The position numbers and the translations under genes are program-made. The notes below the pieces were generated by a model. It made no database searches. It saw only the letters and a list, made by a program, of their open reading frames with translations, and was not told where the DNA came from. A stretch of 63,564 nucleotides of DNA, the filler included, from Collodictyon triciliatum (taxonomy: Eukaryota): assembly GCA_043381765.1 (NCBI GenBank). It is 9 parts of 9 records of this genome, joined end to end, with 100 filler letters (N's around TTAATTAATTAA, not from the genome) between each part and the next. Parts side by side here need not be neighbours in the genome. Positions count along the whole stretch, not along the records: positions 1 to 10,187 come from JBHJMP010004012.1; positions 10,288 to 17,490 come from JBHJMP010004014.1; 7 more parts are not named here. One strand, 5' to 3'. Shown piece after piece: positions 1-10,451 of the stretch. Positions within the stretch are counted from its first letter, which is position 1, and every line of letters begins with the position of its first letter.

Positions 1-120
1 AAACAAAACAAAACAAAACAAAACAAAACAAAACAAAACAAAACAAAACAAAACAAAACAAAACAAAACAAAACAAAACAAAACAAAACAAAACAAAACA
101 AAACAAAACAAAACAAAACA
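1..120. repeat. (AAAAC)n microsatellite
   Basis: Perfect pentamer tandem array at window start. Confidence 0.98.
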
Positions 121-176
121 AGAGCAAAACACGACTACTTTTCTTGTGCTTTAAATTGATTGTAATAACGCTCTAG

Positions 177-2199
177 ATGCTCACTGACCCTCATGTTGGA
201 GAAGAGGCCGCTAGGAACGGATGCAAATTGATTGAGAGTGTTCTGCACAATTGCAAAGGAAAAGTCGATACCATTGTACAGCCAACTCTTTCTCTTGTGT
301 CCAACTGCCTACAAAGTGGGGAAGTCAAGACAAAGTCACTTCGTGTTCTCCTGTTGGAAAATGTAAGAATATCGAGACATGAAAGGAATTTAAAATGACA
401 TAAAGAGAATACATATAATCAAATAAAAACACGTATTTCATTTATTTAGGTTGCCAACTGTCTTTACTACAATGCTGCTGCGACGATGCAAATACTCGCC
501 TCTGCTCAAGTACTGGATAATTTGATTCAACGTATTGTTGAGAATCTTCCAAATTACACTCGGTATGTTGGGATGGCTTTATATGGCTGATTTGCCTAAT
601 TTTTTTTCAGGATGTCTCTGTTAAAAAACAATTATGTATGATTTGAATAGTCTCTACGACAAGAAAGTCATCTTCATCGGGCTGTGTTCAATCTTTTCTG
701 TCCCAATCGCAAATATTCCGCAGTCAATCCAAGGAAATCTCAACCAACTGTTTGATTTTCTGGTTGCTCTACTCCAAAGTATCCACACTCAACGCGAGAA
801 GGGTATTAATATATATGTCTCTTTTGTTTTTGTTTTTTTTGTTTTTTTTGTTTTGTTTCCGTTTCCGTTTCTGTTTTGTTTTGTTTATCTTCAATCTTTA
901 TCTTCAATCTTTATATTTTCTTTTTCTTTTTCTTTTTCTTTTTCTTTTTCTTTTTCTTTTCTTTTTCTTTTTCTTTTTCTTTTTCTTTTTCTTTTTTCTT
1001 TTTCTTTTTCTTTTTCTTTTTCTTTTTCTTTTTCTTTTTCTTTTTCTTTTTCTTTTTCTTTTTCTTTTTCTTTTTCTTTTCTTTTCTTTTCTTTTCTTTT
1101 TTTCTTCTCTTCTGTTTAGCAATTTATTTTCGTTGCTCACAAGGTAATTCATTTTAATATTTTTTTAAAACATAAATACACGGGAAAATGTATAGAAGCC
1201 GCTGCAGATGTTGCTGACGAAGAAGAGACCGAAACAGACGATGATGACGAAGATGACGAGGTAACTATGAACCGAGTGATGAATATAAATAAGAAAAGAA
1301 AAGAGAAGGAGCCTTGAAGTAATGATGCCATATCAACAGGATTTGAATATTGGTGACCATGAAGATGCGCTGGATGAAGATGTCAACCAGCAGCTTAAAA
1401 ACCTTGCCCGCAAGGCAAGTGGATTATTCATTTCATCAGCACGGTTTTCTTACTCTCCACAACCTTCATATATAAATAGTTTGTTGTCTGACATATTTGC
1501 CTCATTTCCTTAGGCTGGACTTGCTGCACAAAGCGAGGATGATTTTGATGAGGAGGATTTGGAGGACGAGGAAGACTTTTCTACTCCAATCGATAACATT
1601 GATGAATTTGTGATGATGGCCACGCTAATCAATGGTACTACGCCCAGTCCCTGCGAAATCAGTCTATATCTACTTGTTCCAATGGCTCTTTTTGCAAAAG
1701 CTCATGCGATATTTTGAGCATATGTTTCACTGTTTTTCAAACCGATTTTCTATTCATGGTTTTCGATAGACAATCCACGATTCATGTTTATTTGTTTTCA
1801 TCATGTATTTGATTATTATTTTTTTATATACATTTTTTTCAAAAGAAAATGAACAAACAAAAAAAAAATTAATAATATACTTTTATCAGAATCAAACGGT
1901 CAAGCAGTTTCCCCATTCCACAGTCTCACCCCTGACCGCAAAGACAAGTTTGCCGCAATTATCTTCCAAGCAAACATCCGCATGCAGGAGATTCAACGAG
2001 GTATACCATATTTCCGAACTCATACACACAACCTTTCTCTGTCCTTTATTTATGTATATGCATATAACATTGTGCTTCACAATTTTATTTACTTAATTAC
2101 CATTATCATTAATATATCCTCATCCTATCCTTGAACTCATTAACCATCGTCATACCACCGAAACACACACGCACGCACACAAAACAAGAAGCCGAATAA
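177..2199 (+). CDS. Importin-7/8 (Nmd5/SAD2-like) karyopherin-beta, 3' part, multi-exon
   Basis: Exons approx 177-363, 450-562, 651-802, 1196-1260, 1340-1414, 1514-1634, 1890-2001, 2189-2199 splice to GCKLIESVLHNCKGKVD...LRVLLLENVANCLYYNA...RLYDKKVIFIGLCSI plus an acidic D/E tail ending STPIDNIDEF, which is typical of the importin-7/8 C-terminus. Last exon tentative; 5' end is outside the window. Confidence 0.82.
915..1105. repeat. (TTTTTC)n intronic microsatellite
   Basis: Hexamer tandem array inside an importin intron. Confidence 0.95.
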
Positions 2200-2477
2200 A
2201 TCTGGTCATCCGTACGAAGAAACCAAGAAACGAAACAGAAAGAAAAAACCGAATAAAAAGAAAAGAAAAGAGAGAGAATTAAATCTGCAAAAACCAAAAA
2301 ACGAAGCAAACAATCCAGCGGCGAGCAGCACCAAACCCCTGACTCCATTTCTTTCCCGACACCAACTCCTTTATTCCTTGTTGTTTATTCATGCAGACTC
2401 TCAGAAGCAGAGCCACCACTCCCCCGCACGGAAGGCAACAACAGACAGAAAACAAAAGACAGAGAGACATCAAAGAA

Positions 2478-3179
2478 TCACACAATCAGCGCCGAGATGT
2501 TTGGCGGGAGGACAAAAGCAACGAGCGGCACCTGCGTGGCCGACCCCACGTTTATGCCATGCGCGCAGTAGTTTGCCAGCTCCTCGGCCCAAAAGATCAG
2601 ATCCACGCCAAAGCCCGCACCCTGCTCGATGGCCTCGATTCTCTCGGCAGAGACAAGATAGTCTTCGGGCAGCGGCGCCATGCACATGCGCACCGCATCC
2701 ACGGGCTTCTCGGCCGCCTGGCCTGCTCCGGACGGCGGACTCAGCAGCACGCGAACCACCCACGGAGTCGGATGCATGATGCTCACAGAAGTCTGCTCGC
2801 CAAACGCCGCGGCTTTGTTGAGGCGCAGCTGCTTCAGCAACTCTGCCCCGCTGATTTGGTTTGGGCTTTCCAGGAGGAAGCCGCGCGGCAGGTCGAGGCG
2901 GTTGCTCACCAGCCTGTTGACCGCTTCCTTGAGCAGGAGCTTTTCGGCTGCGGCTTTGCTGTCCTCGGGGAATTCCAGCTGGACTGCTGCTTTGTTGGCG
3001 TACTTGGGAATCGTGAAGAGCCTTGGCGGGGCTGTTCTTTCAGGGGCCGTTTTTGTCGCGGTCTCTTTGGGCGGCGCGTTGGTTGCCTTTTGCTTTGGAG
3101 GGGTGATGTTCATGACTGGTTTCCTTGCGTTGGTCTCTTCTGGGCTTCTGGGGAAGTTGGTTGGGTTGTGAGGGTGCAT
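2478..3179 (-). CDS. Hypothetical intronless protein, 233 aa
   Basis: ATG-initiated, GC-rich ORF within AT-rich flanks; low-complexity P/T/K N-terminus, then globular-looking sequence; no recognisable family. Confidence 0.6.
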   Translation of the reverse strand: MHPHNPTNFPRSPEETNARKPVMNITPPKQKATNAPPKETATKTAPERTAPPRLFTIPKYANKAAVQLEFPEDSKAAAEKLLLKEAVNRLVSNRLDLPRGFLLESPNQISGAELLKQLRLNKAAAFGEQTSVSIMHPTPWVVRVLLSPPSGAGQAAEKPVDAVRMCMAPLPEDYLVSAERIEAIEQGAGFGVDLIFWAEELANYCAHGINVGSATQVPLVAFVLPPNISALIV

Positions 3180-3720
3180 GGCTGTCTATCTAATGGGTTT
3201 TACATGTTAATATCTATTCTTTGTCCTCTGTCTTGCTTGTTCCTATCGCGTTTGATCGGATCTACGTGATATTGGGCGAAGGTGTGAAGGGCAGGAGATT
3301 GGGTTTTTGGGTTGGAGAAGGTTGTGTTTTATAAGTGTAGCACAAACTCGGAATTTGTCTAGTTTTTAGCTTTATTTGTTCTATTCCCGCTTGGGTTCCT
3401 TCCATGTTTTATTGTGTTATGTTTGTATTTTCTGATATAATGGATATATATTGTTGGAAATCAATGTGTAAATAATGTCATTTTAATCTTAAATTACTTA
3501 TTTTCCACATATAATAATCAAGAATGGCATGTTGAAGCAAACTTCTAAAGCAATTTTTTTTTCATAGCGCGGCAATAATGTCTGTTATTGAAACCGCTTT
3601 GTGGTGGGCGCATTGTCGATGGAGTCGCGAGCATTGCTGACTGCCTCGCGTTTCCTGTTCTGTGTATAGTCTTCTAGGTCTTTTTTTTTTCTTCTAACTC
3701 ACAACAGTCGAGAAGAAGAA

Positions 3721-4116
3721 ATGGCCTTTCAGTACGATGTGACGCGCAGCGGAAGACGAGAGGTTGTGGAGTCCATCAGCAGGCATCTGTCCACGCTTTC
3801 TGCTGTGAAGCCTGTTGTCCAGACAACAAACGACTATGAAAAATACCGTAAGTATCAGTTCACTGTAATAACAGATCGCTTAAAGGAACTCTTAGGTTTC
3901 CTTATGATCTCATGTTTCTTTTTTTTTTCTTTTTGAGTTTTTTTTCCTCGTTTATTGTATTGTTTTTTCAAGATAAAGTTTGGCCAACAACGTTAACTTG
4001 TAACTTGTAACTTGTAAAAGTTGAAGAGTTGGATAAGGTTCTCGTCTATTCGTTTCATTTTGCTTTAGAATTGTGACAAGATTGTCCTTCGTGTGATTGA
4101 GAAGCAAGTGATCTGA
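3721..4116 (+). CDS. Small hypothetical spliced protein (about 70-80 aa)
   Basis: ATG 3721; GT-AG joins to 4021-4037 and 4069-4116 give MAFQYDV...RLKELLVEELDKNCDKIVLRVIEKQVI*; divergent from the 3179 ORF. Confidence 0.35.
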
Positions 4117-4199
4117 ATAGTATGCAAACGACAGACAAAAGTGATAGCAAGAAACTTGCTGCTTTCTTTGTGTGTTTACTTGCTGTTCTACATTAACTA

Positions 4200-4258
<59 letters not shown>

Positions 4259-5649
4259 GAATCCAAATAATTACTATTATTGTTCAAATAAAGGTCCGAG
4301 GAAACCAAAGGCACATCCATCACCCGGTATTGCGGAATACTCTTCCGAGATGCAGCGCAGAATAATGAATCCAAAAAGCACAATAGACCAGTCATCCCCA
4401 AAGACACTCGAAAGGTAATTTTTTTTCTCCTCCCTTATCAACACAACACTATTCAGAAGGAGAGTTTCTAGTAAATAGACAACATTAAGATGACAAAATG
4501 AATCCCACAGACTCACGAAAGGAAAGTTTGGGTCTTCCTAAAAACCTATCCTCCCGAATACTTTTTTCGTTATCCAAATGATTACAAGATACAGCGAACA
4601 CTAATCCCATGGTTTGAAAAGGTCACCATTTCTTGGAAGTCGACACAAAAGAGAAAGCGATTTTATTCAGCAAGAGCACAATCGCAGACTTCATGATTTG
4701 AATAGAAAATTGGAGAAACAGTATAATGTACAGACCTTTATCCACTATTGATATATTTACTTTCCAAAAATCCAAATAGTATAGCTGATTGATTTAATAT
4801 AGAGAAAGGACCAGCGGCCCTCGAGTGCGTCGTCTGCAGGACCGAGAGAAAAGAAAAACCACGATATCAGCGTGAGATACATACAAATCAGACTTTCGAT
4901 TCCATCTTTTAAGCATATTTTCGAATCATCATCTTTCAAAAAATCTGGAATATAAATAATGCTGTAGTTGAAGAATGACGAATATTTCCAATCATATTGT
5001 ACCTGATTTAATATAGAAAGAACTGTATGCCGTCGAAAAAACACCGCCGGTTATTATGCAAGTTTTCATTTCAAAACAATATTCACATGCCTTACACCGA
5101 AGCTTCTGCCCCACACATATAATTTTCTAATGCAAGCAATTCTTTTCATTTAAATTACCAAAGTAACCCGAGACCTTCGTCAGCAGTAATATATTCCATC
5201 ATCCCTATCATTCGGTCAAACTTTATTAATTTTTCATTCTATTTGTAAAACACATGATAAAATTATATCTGTAATCTAAACCAGAAACAGATGCGACCCT
5301 CATCAGTTCACTCCAGTCGTCCATCAGTACGTTCAAAATACAAACTTACATGGATTCCTAGCACTTTCATAATTTATATTACAAATGCCTTATATTTGGT
5401 TATATGTCCTTCGATAACACCGTTCAGTCTGCTTCACGAGAACGCCCAAAAACAGGCCCATCTGGTGATGATGCTTATGGTCTGCTCTATAATTAATTCA
5501 AGTCGGATAGTATATCGTGCCTTAGCGAAATTACAACAATATTAGTGCTTAAATGTTAAAACTCTGTCTTTTTTCACACTTTCTTTTCTTGCAATCTGTA
5601 CCTTAAATTCCTGTGACTCATTTCTTCTTGGTGGCAAAATCATCACTAC

Positions 5650-7970
5650 AAAAATGCAGGAATGATAATAAACGCTGCGCCATCATTTCGCCCAGCAGGA
5701 TTCGAACGGCGAGAGGATTACTTGAGGTGTGTTGGATTCAAAAGAAAATGTTTTTTTTCGTTCATCTGAATGCTTTGTTATGTCGGAAAGATAGACATTA
5801 TCGATAATATTATATATCAAAACAAAAAGAGAAATTAAGGGCTTAAATAAATGTAACCCATAAACCTAGGAGCGACAGACCTTACATCGAGTTCAAAAAG
5901 GCACTTGTGGATACAATTATTGAGGAGCGCATATTTAAGGAGAGCGACCTCGGTTCCCTTTTTTCTGAGGTTTTTTTTCTTTGCGTACTCACAAGTGGTT
6001 TGGATGGTGATTTAAGTTTTCAGTTAAATTCGTTGCTCTTCTCTTTGTTGCTATACAAACAACATCATGCAATATACAGGCCCTGCACACATATGCACAT
6101 TTGGACCGAAAAAGAATGGAGGATGTAATCGAGGATATCAGACGGGAGCTGAACGAATAGCATTTTTTTTTGGGTGCCATGTGGTTTTTGAAACGTGCAA
6201 ACCGCAAAACTGCTCAGAGACCGACCAGCAGAATACTCATTTCAGAATTCTTTCGGATTTCAAAGCGGAATCGCGGTCTATTTTTAAGCATGCTCATGCT
6301 GCTATCAAGTCGACTCACACCACATAACCTCTTTACGTTTCCCTGTTACGTTCCTTCTCGTTTGTTTGGCCTGACCCAAAAACCTCCCTTTTTCTTTTTT
6401 CACATGTCCATAGTCTGCTCGCCGCATCGCAATTAATGATTTCTCGCATTCTGCTGTCTGGGCTTTGTGCTCAACCTTGATTGGCCCTATCTGTCCTTTT
6501 TCGCCATTGCTGCCCTCCTCGAACACAACCAATGTTTTTACCACAATCTGAATATAATCCTGACGATTGAATCTCAGAGTACACTACGCCAACATTTATG
6601 CGATGTACTTCACGGGACACCAAATAAATTCATCGTTCTACTTAGTGGCATGTCTGCGTGCATTTTAATAAAAATAAATTCCAGGATTGATTTCCTAATT
6701 AATCAGTTCTTCAATGACCTCTTCACGATGTGGCCATATTCCATAACAGTATGGGACTCTTTTGACGAACATTCTGGCAACTCACTCTGAGTCTACAAAA
6801 CGGAGAATTGACAAAGCACAAATTATAGCGCAAATCAAAGCGCACGTTAGGCGGCCTCTTCGTTCTCATCAACGCCAGAAACCAGTCGCACAGCGGGCAC
6901 AAACCTAAAAAAACAGTGGTCTTATATTTTATTCTTTTATTGTCAACCAACACTCTTTGTCCAAAACCTTATTTTTTTCAAAAAAAAAAAAACCCAAAAA
7001 AAACCCAAAAAAACCCATAAAACCCATAAAAACCATAAAAACCATAAAAACCATAAAAACCATAAAAACCATAAAAACCATAAAAACCATAAAAAACCAT
7101 AAAAAACCATAAAAACCCAATAAAAAACCCAATAAAAAACCCAATAAAAAACCCAATAAAAAACCCAATAAAAAACCCAATAAAAAACCCAATAAAAAAC
7201 CCAATAANNNNNNNNNNNNNNNNNNNNNNNNNNNNNNNNNNNNAACCCAATAAAAAACCCAATAAAAAACCCAATAAAAAACCCAATAAAAAACCCAATA
7301 AAAAACCCAATAAAAAACCCAATAAAAAACCCAATAAAAAACCCAATAAAAAACCCAATAAAAAACCCAATAAAAAACCCAATAAAAAACCCAATAAAAA
7401 ACCCAATAAAAAACCCAATAAAAACCCCATAAAAAACCAAAGCAAAATCAGAAGCCAACCGTTTTTCAAGCATGCACCATTCATTCTTCCCAAAGCTTAT
7501 ATGTCTTTCATAATTTTTCTGGGCAATAAAGTAAGAGGGTATCAAAATAATATTCAACGCAATATCCAGGCCAACACAAAACAGCTGGGATGGATGTTTT
7601 TTTCCCCCGTTATTCGATTCAAAGCAGTTTTCATCATTTATATAAATAAACACATGTTCTAACTTCTCTTATTTATATTTTTTGATAGCATCGACCCTAA
7701 TATAAACTCCAGTTTAAATTGAATATTTCCCGAGCTCATGTGATTCCTGCATTTCAATTCATTTCTCCATTGAGCGGTATTAATTAAAGAATTTGGTGGT
7801 TTTCTTTTTCATTTCTGTCCTGATTTAATATCGCTTAATTCTCTCGTATTCAATACTTTAACATGGATTAATACCAGTTAAACGAACTTTTCGGTTGTCA
7901 TTATCAAAGAGTCCATTCGGTTTCAATACTTGCTGAATTGATTGTGGAGACACCTGGATGGACGTAAAGA
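5650..7970 (-). mobile_element. Highly degraded non-LTR retrotransposon (RT + restriction-like endonuclease; CRE/R2-type)
   Basis: Minus-strand fragments in the expected order: GVYIRVDAIKKY (RT motif A-like), FESNNGGKKHPSQLFCVGLDIAL (motif B-like), LVDNKRIKYKTTVFLG (YLG-like), KRVPYCYGIW, Cys-rich stretch then LHDVVC (RHD-like), FELDVRSVAP (RLE DV motif). Many stops and frameshifts; no clear YADD. Confidence 0.45.
6981..7440. repeat. Compound tandem repeat (AAAAACCAT)n and (AAAAAACCCAAT)n, spanning a 36-N gap
   Basis: 9-mer then 12-mer arrays seen directly. Confidence 0.95.
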
Positions 7971-8679
7971 TGATTTAATGTTTTAAATATACATTTTTTG
8001 TTCCGCAAATCGACTGCATTATCATTTCTTCGATTTCATCTCACGCTTGTATTATATCATGGATTTTATTGCACATTCCAATTTTTTTATTCTTCCCAAT
8101 ATCCACACTTTTTTTTAAAAAAAAAATATTGCACAATTTTAATCATGGTTTATAACTTGAACAAGATAAGAACTGTAGTTATGTTGACAAATTTAGTCAA
8201 TTTCTACCATCATTTAGTTCATGTTTAATTTATTTTAGTTCTGTCAAATCATAAACTCCTAAACAATAGTTTATCAGTTAAACTTTTATTTCAGATGAAT
8301 TTCTGAGATGCATTTAAAAAACTTCTATTTTGAAATCTAAGATACTAGCACAACTTTATCCATAAGCAAGCTCAATATATTTTTAATCATCGAATTTCAG
8401 AGTGAAAAAAACTGTTATGAATCACAATATGATGATGACTAATTAATCCATCCATGTTTCGAAAAATAATGAACAATAAATTAAATATTCGAGGCACCGT
8501 GCATATATCAAAATTAGAGATAGATGTTAACAAATATGGTGCATTAAAAAGGACGAATTAGCGTCTATCCATAAAACTCATAGGGTAGTGAAGGAACTGT
8601 GGTCTTGTTTGGGATATATAAAAAAGAAATTCGATAAGTATTTATTGTTACAATTAAATATTCAACAGATTCTGCCACG

Positions 8680-10187
8680 ATGAGAAACAGCCGCTGCATT
8701 CTCGTTTTTGCTGCAGGTAAAATAACCTATGTAATTTTTACATCAATAGGATTTTTTTGACTCTTGATTCTTACACAGGTCTTGTATTACTCAGAAGTGT
8801 TTTGATCTGTATGGGTGAAGTCTCCTCGATTTACACCGTTGGCACTGGACACACGAGCAACGTATGGAGTGTTGCGGTTTCTCCTGATGGTTCAAAGATT
8901 GTCTCTGGAGGTGGGGATAATACGATTAAAATCTGGAATCTGTCTGATGGAACCTTGATTCGCACACTAAATGGACATACTAGTAGGGTCAATTGTGTTA
9001 CAGCCACACCTGATGGTTCAAAAATTGTGTCTGGTAGTGATGATAGAACAATCAAAATCTGGAATCTATCTGATGGAACTTTGATTCGCACATTGAGTGG
9101 TCATACTAGCGGAGTTTGGAGCGTTCCTGTGACTACAGATAATTCAAATATTGTTTCTGGAAGTTGGGATAATTCAATAAAAATCTGGAACTTTAGAGAT
9201 GGAACTTTGATTCGCACATTGATTGGTCATATTAGTCATGTTACAAGCGTTATCCTTACCCCTAATTGTTCAAAAATAATTTCTGGGAGTTGGGATAATT
9301 CAATCAAAATATGGAACTATTCAGACGGAGCTTTGATTCGCACATTGACCGGTCATGCTGATAATGTTCGTGGAGTTGCTGTTACTCCTGATGAGTTAAA
9401 AGTTATTTCTGTAAGTGATGATACAACAATTAAAATTTGGTACATGTATGATGGAACTTTGATCAATACATTAGTGGGTCACTCTAGTTATATTTATAGT
9501 GTTTCTCTTACGCCTGATGGCCGAAAAATTGTCACTGGAAGTAATGACAAAGCAATTAATATATGGAATCTCTCTGATGGAGCTTTGATTCGCACATTGA
9601 CTGGGCATTTTACAGGTGTATTCAGTGTTTTCGTCACATATGATGGTTCAAAAATTGTTTCTGGGAGCCATGACCGAACTTTAAAAGTATGGAATTTTTC
9701 TGATGGGAGTATTGTATACACTAGGGGTTCAAGGGTTTCAAGCATTGCTTCATCATTAATTAAATCAAAAGTTGTCTCAGCACATTCAGATAATATTATT
9801 CGAATCTGGAATATGTCTGATGGTAACTCACTTCTCTCATTACTAGGTCATTCTGATGTCGTAAACTCGGTGGTTTTAACACCTGATGATTCAATGATTC
9901 TTTCAGGAAGTGCCGATAAAACCATTAAAATATGGAATGTTGATGATGGGTCTCTCATGCGAACAATTCAAGTCCACACTGAATCAGTAAATAGCATTAC
10001 ACTAACTTCAGATGGAAATAAAGTTGTCTCTGGAAGCAGTGACTACACAGTCAAAATTGCAAGTATTTTGGATGGAACATTAATTCGTTCTTTTAATGGA
10101 CACACTGGTACTGTCACAAGCGTTGTTACATCTACTGATGGGACAAAAATTGTATCTGGGAGTGCAGACAAATCAATTAGAATTTGG
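8680..10187 (+). CDS. WD40-repeat protein with predicted signal peptide, 3' truncated by scaffold end
   Basis: Exon 8680-8716 spliced (GT..AG) to 8779 gives MRNSRCILVFAAGLVLLRSVLICMG, followed by about 11 42-aa repeats GH..V..V.vTPDGSKIVSGS.D.TIKIWN.SDG.LIRTL. Confidence 0.9.
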
Positions 10188-10287
10188 NNNNNNNNNNNNN
10201 NNNNNNNNNNNNNNNNNNNNNNNNNNNNNNNTTAATTAATTAANNNNNNNNNNNNNNNNNNNNNNNNNNNNNNNNNNNNNNNNNNNN
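10188..10287. other. Artificial scaffold linker (N44-TTAATTAATTAA-N44)
   Basis: Six-frame stop spacer; identical linkers at 17491, 24793, 32091, 39386, 46681, 53968 and 61257. Confidence 0.98.
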
Positions 10288-10451
10288 AAAGAAAAGAAAA
10301 GAAAAGAAAAGAAAAGAAAAGAAAAGAAAAGAAAAGAAAAGAAAAGAAAAGAAAAGAAAAGAAAAGAAAAGAAAAGAAAAAAATAAAATGAAGGATCCCA
10401 TCTCCAGATGTAAAAATATATGATTTGATGTTAGTAGTATTTTATGCGTAC

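Noticed and set aside
634-1157. Poly-F/FS/KR ORFs here and at 6929-7653, 13854, 16993-17403, 39099, 46102, 52739, 56950
   Set aside because: Translations of stop-free microsatellites
2391-3269. 292-aa plus-strand ORF overlapping the 233-aa ORF
   Set aside because: Likely antisense shadow of a GC-rich coding frame; R/H/Q/G-rich composition is unnatural
5685-5712. GTTCGAATCC T-loop-like motif on the minus strand (possible tRNA)
   Set aside because: T-stem and acceptor stem do not pair; no cloverleaf
10232-10243. TTAATTAATTAA palindrome recurring about every 7.3 kb (possible element end, TSD or array repeat)
   Set aside because: Always centred in 88 Ns; a six-frame stop linker added during concatenation
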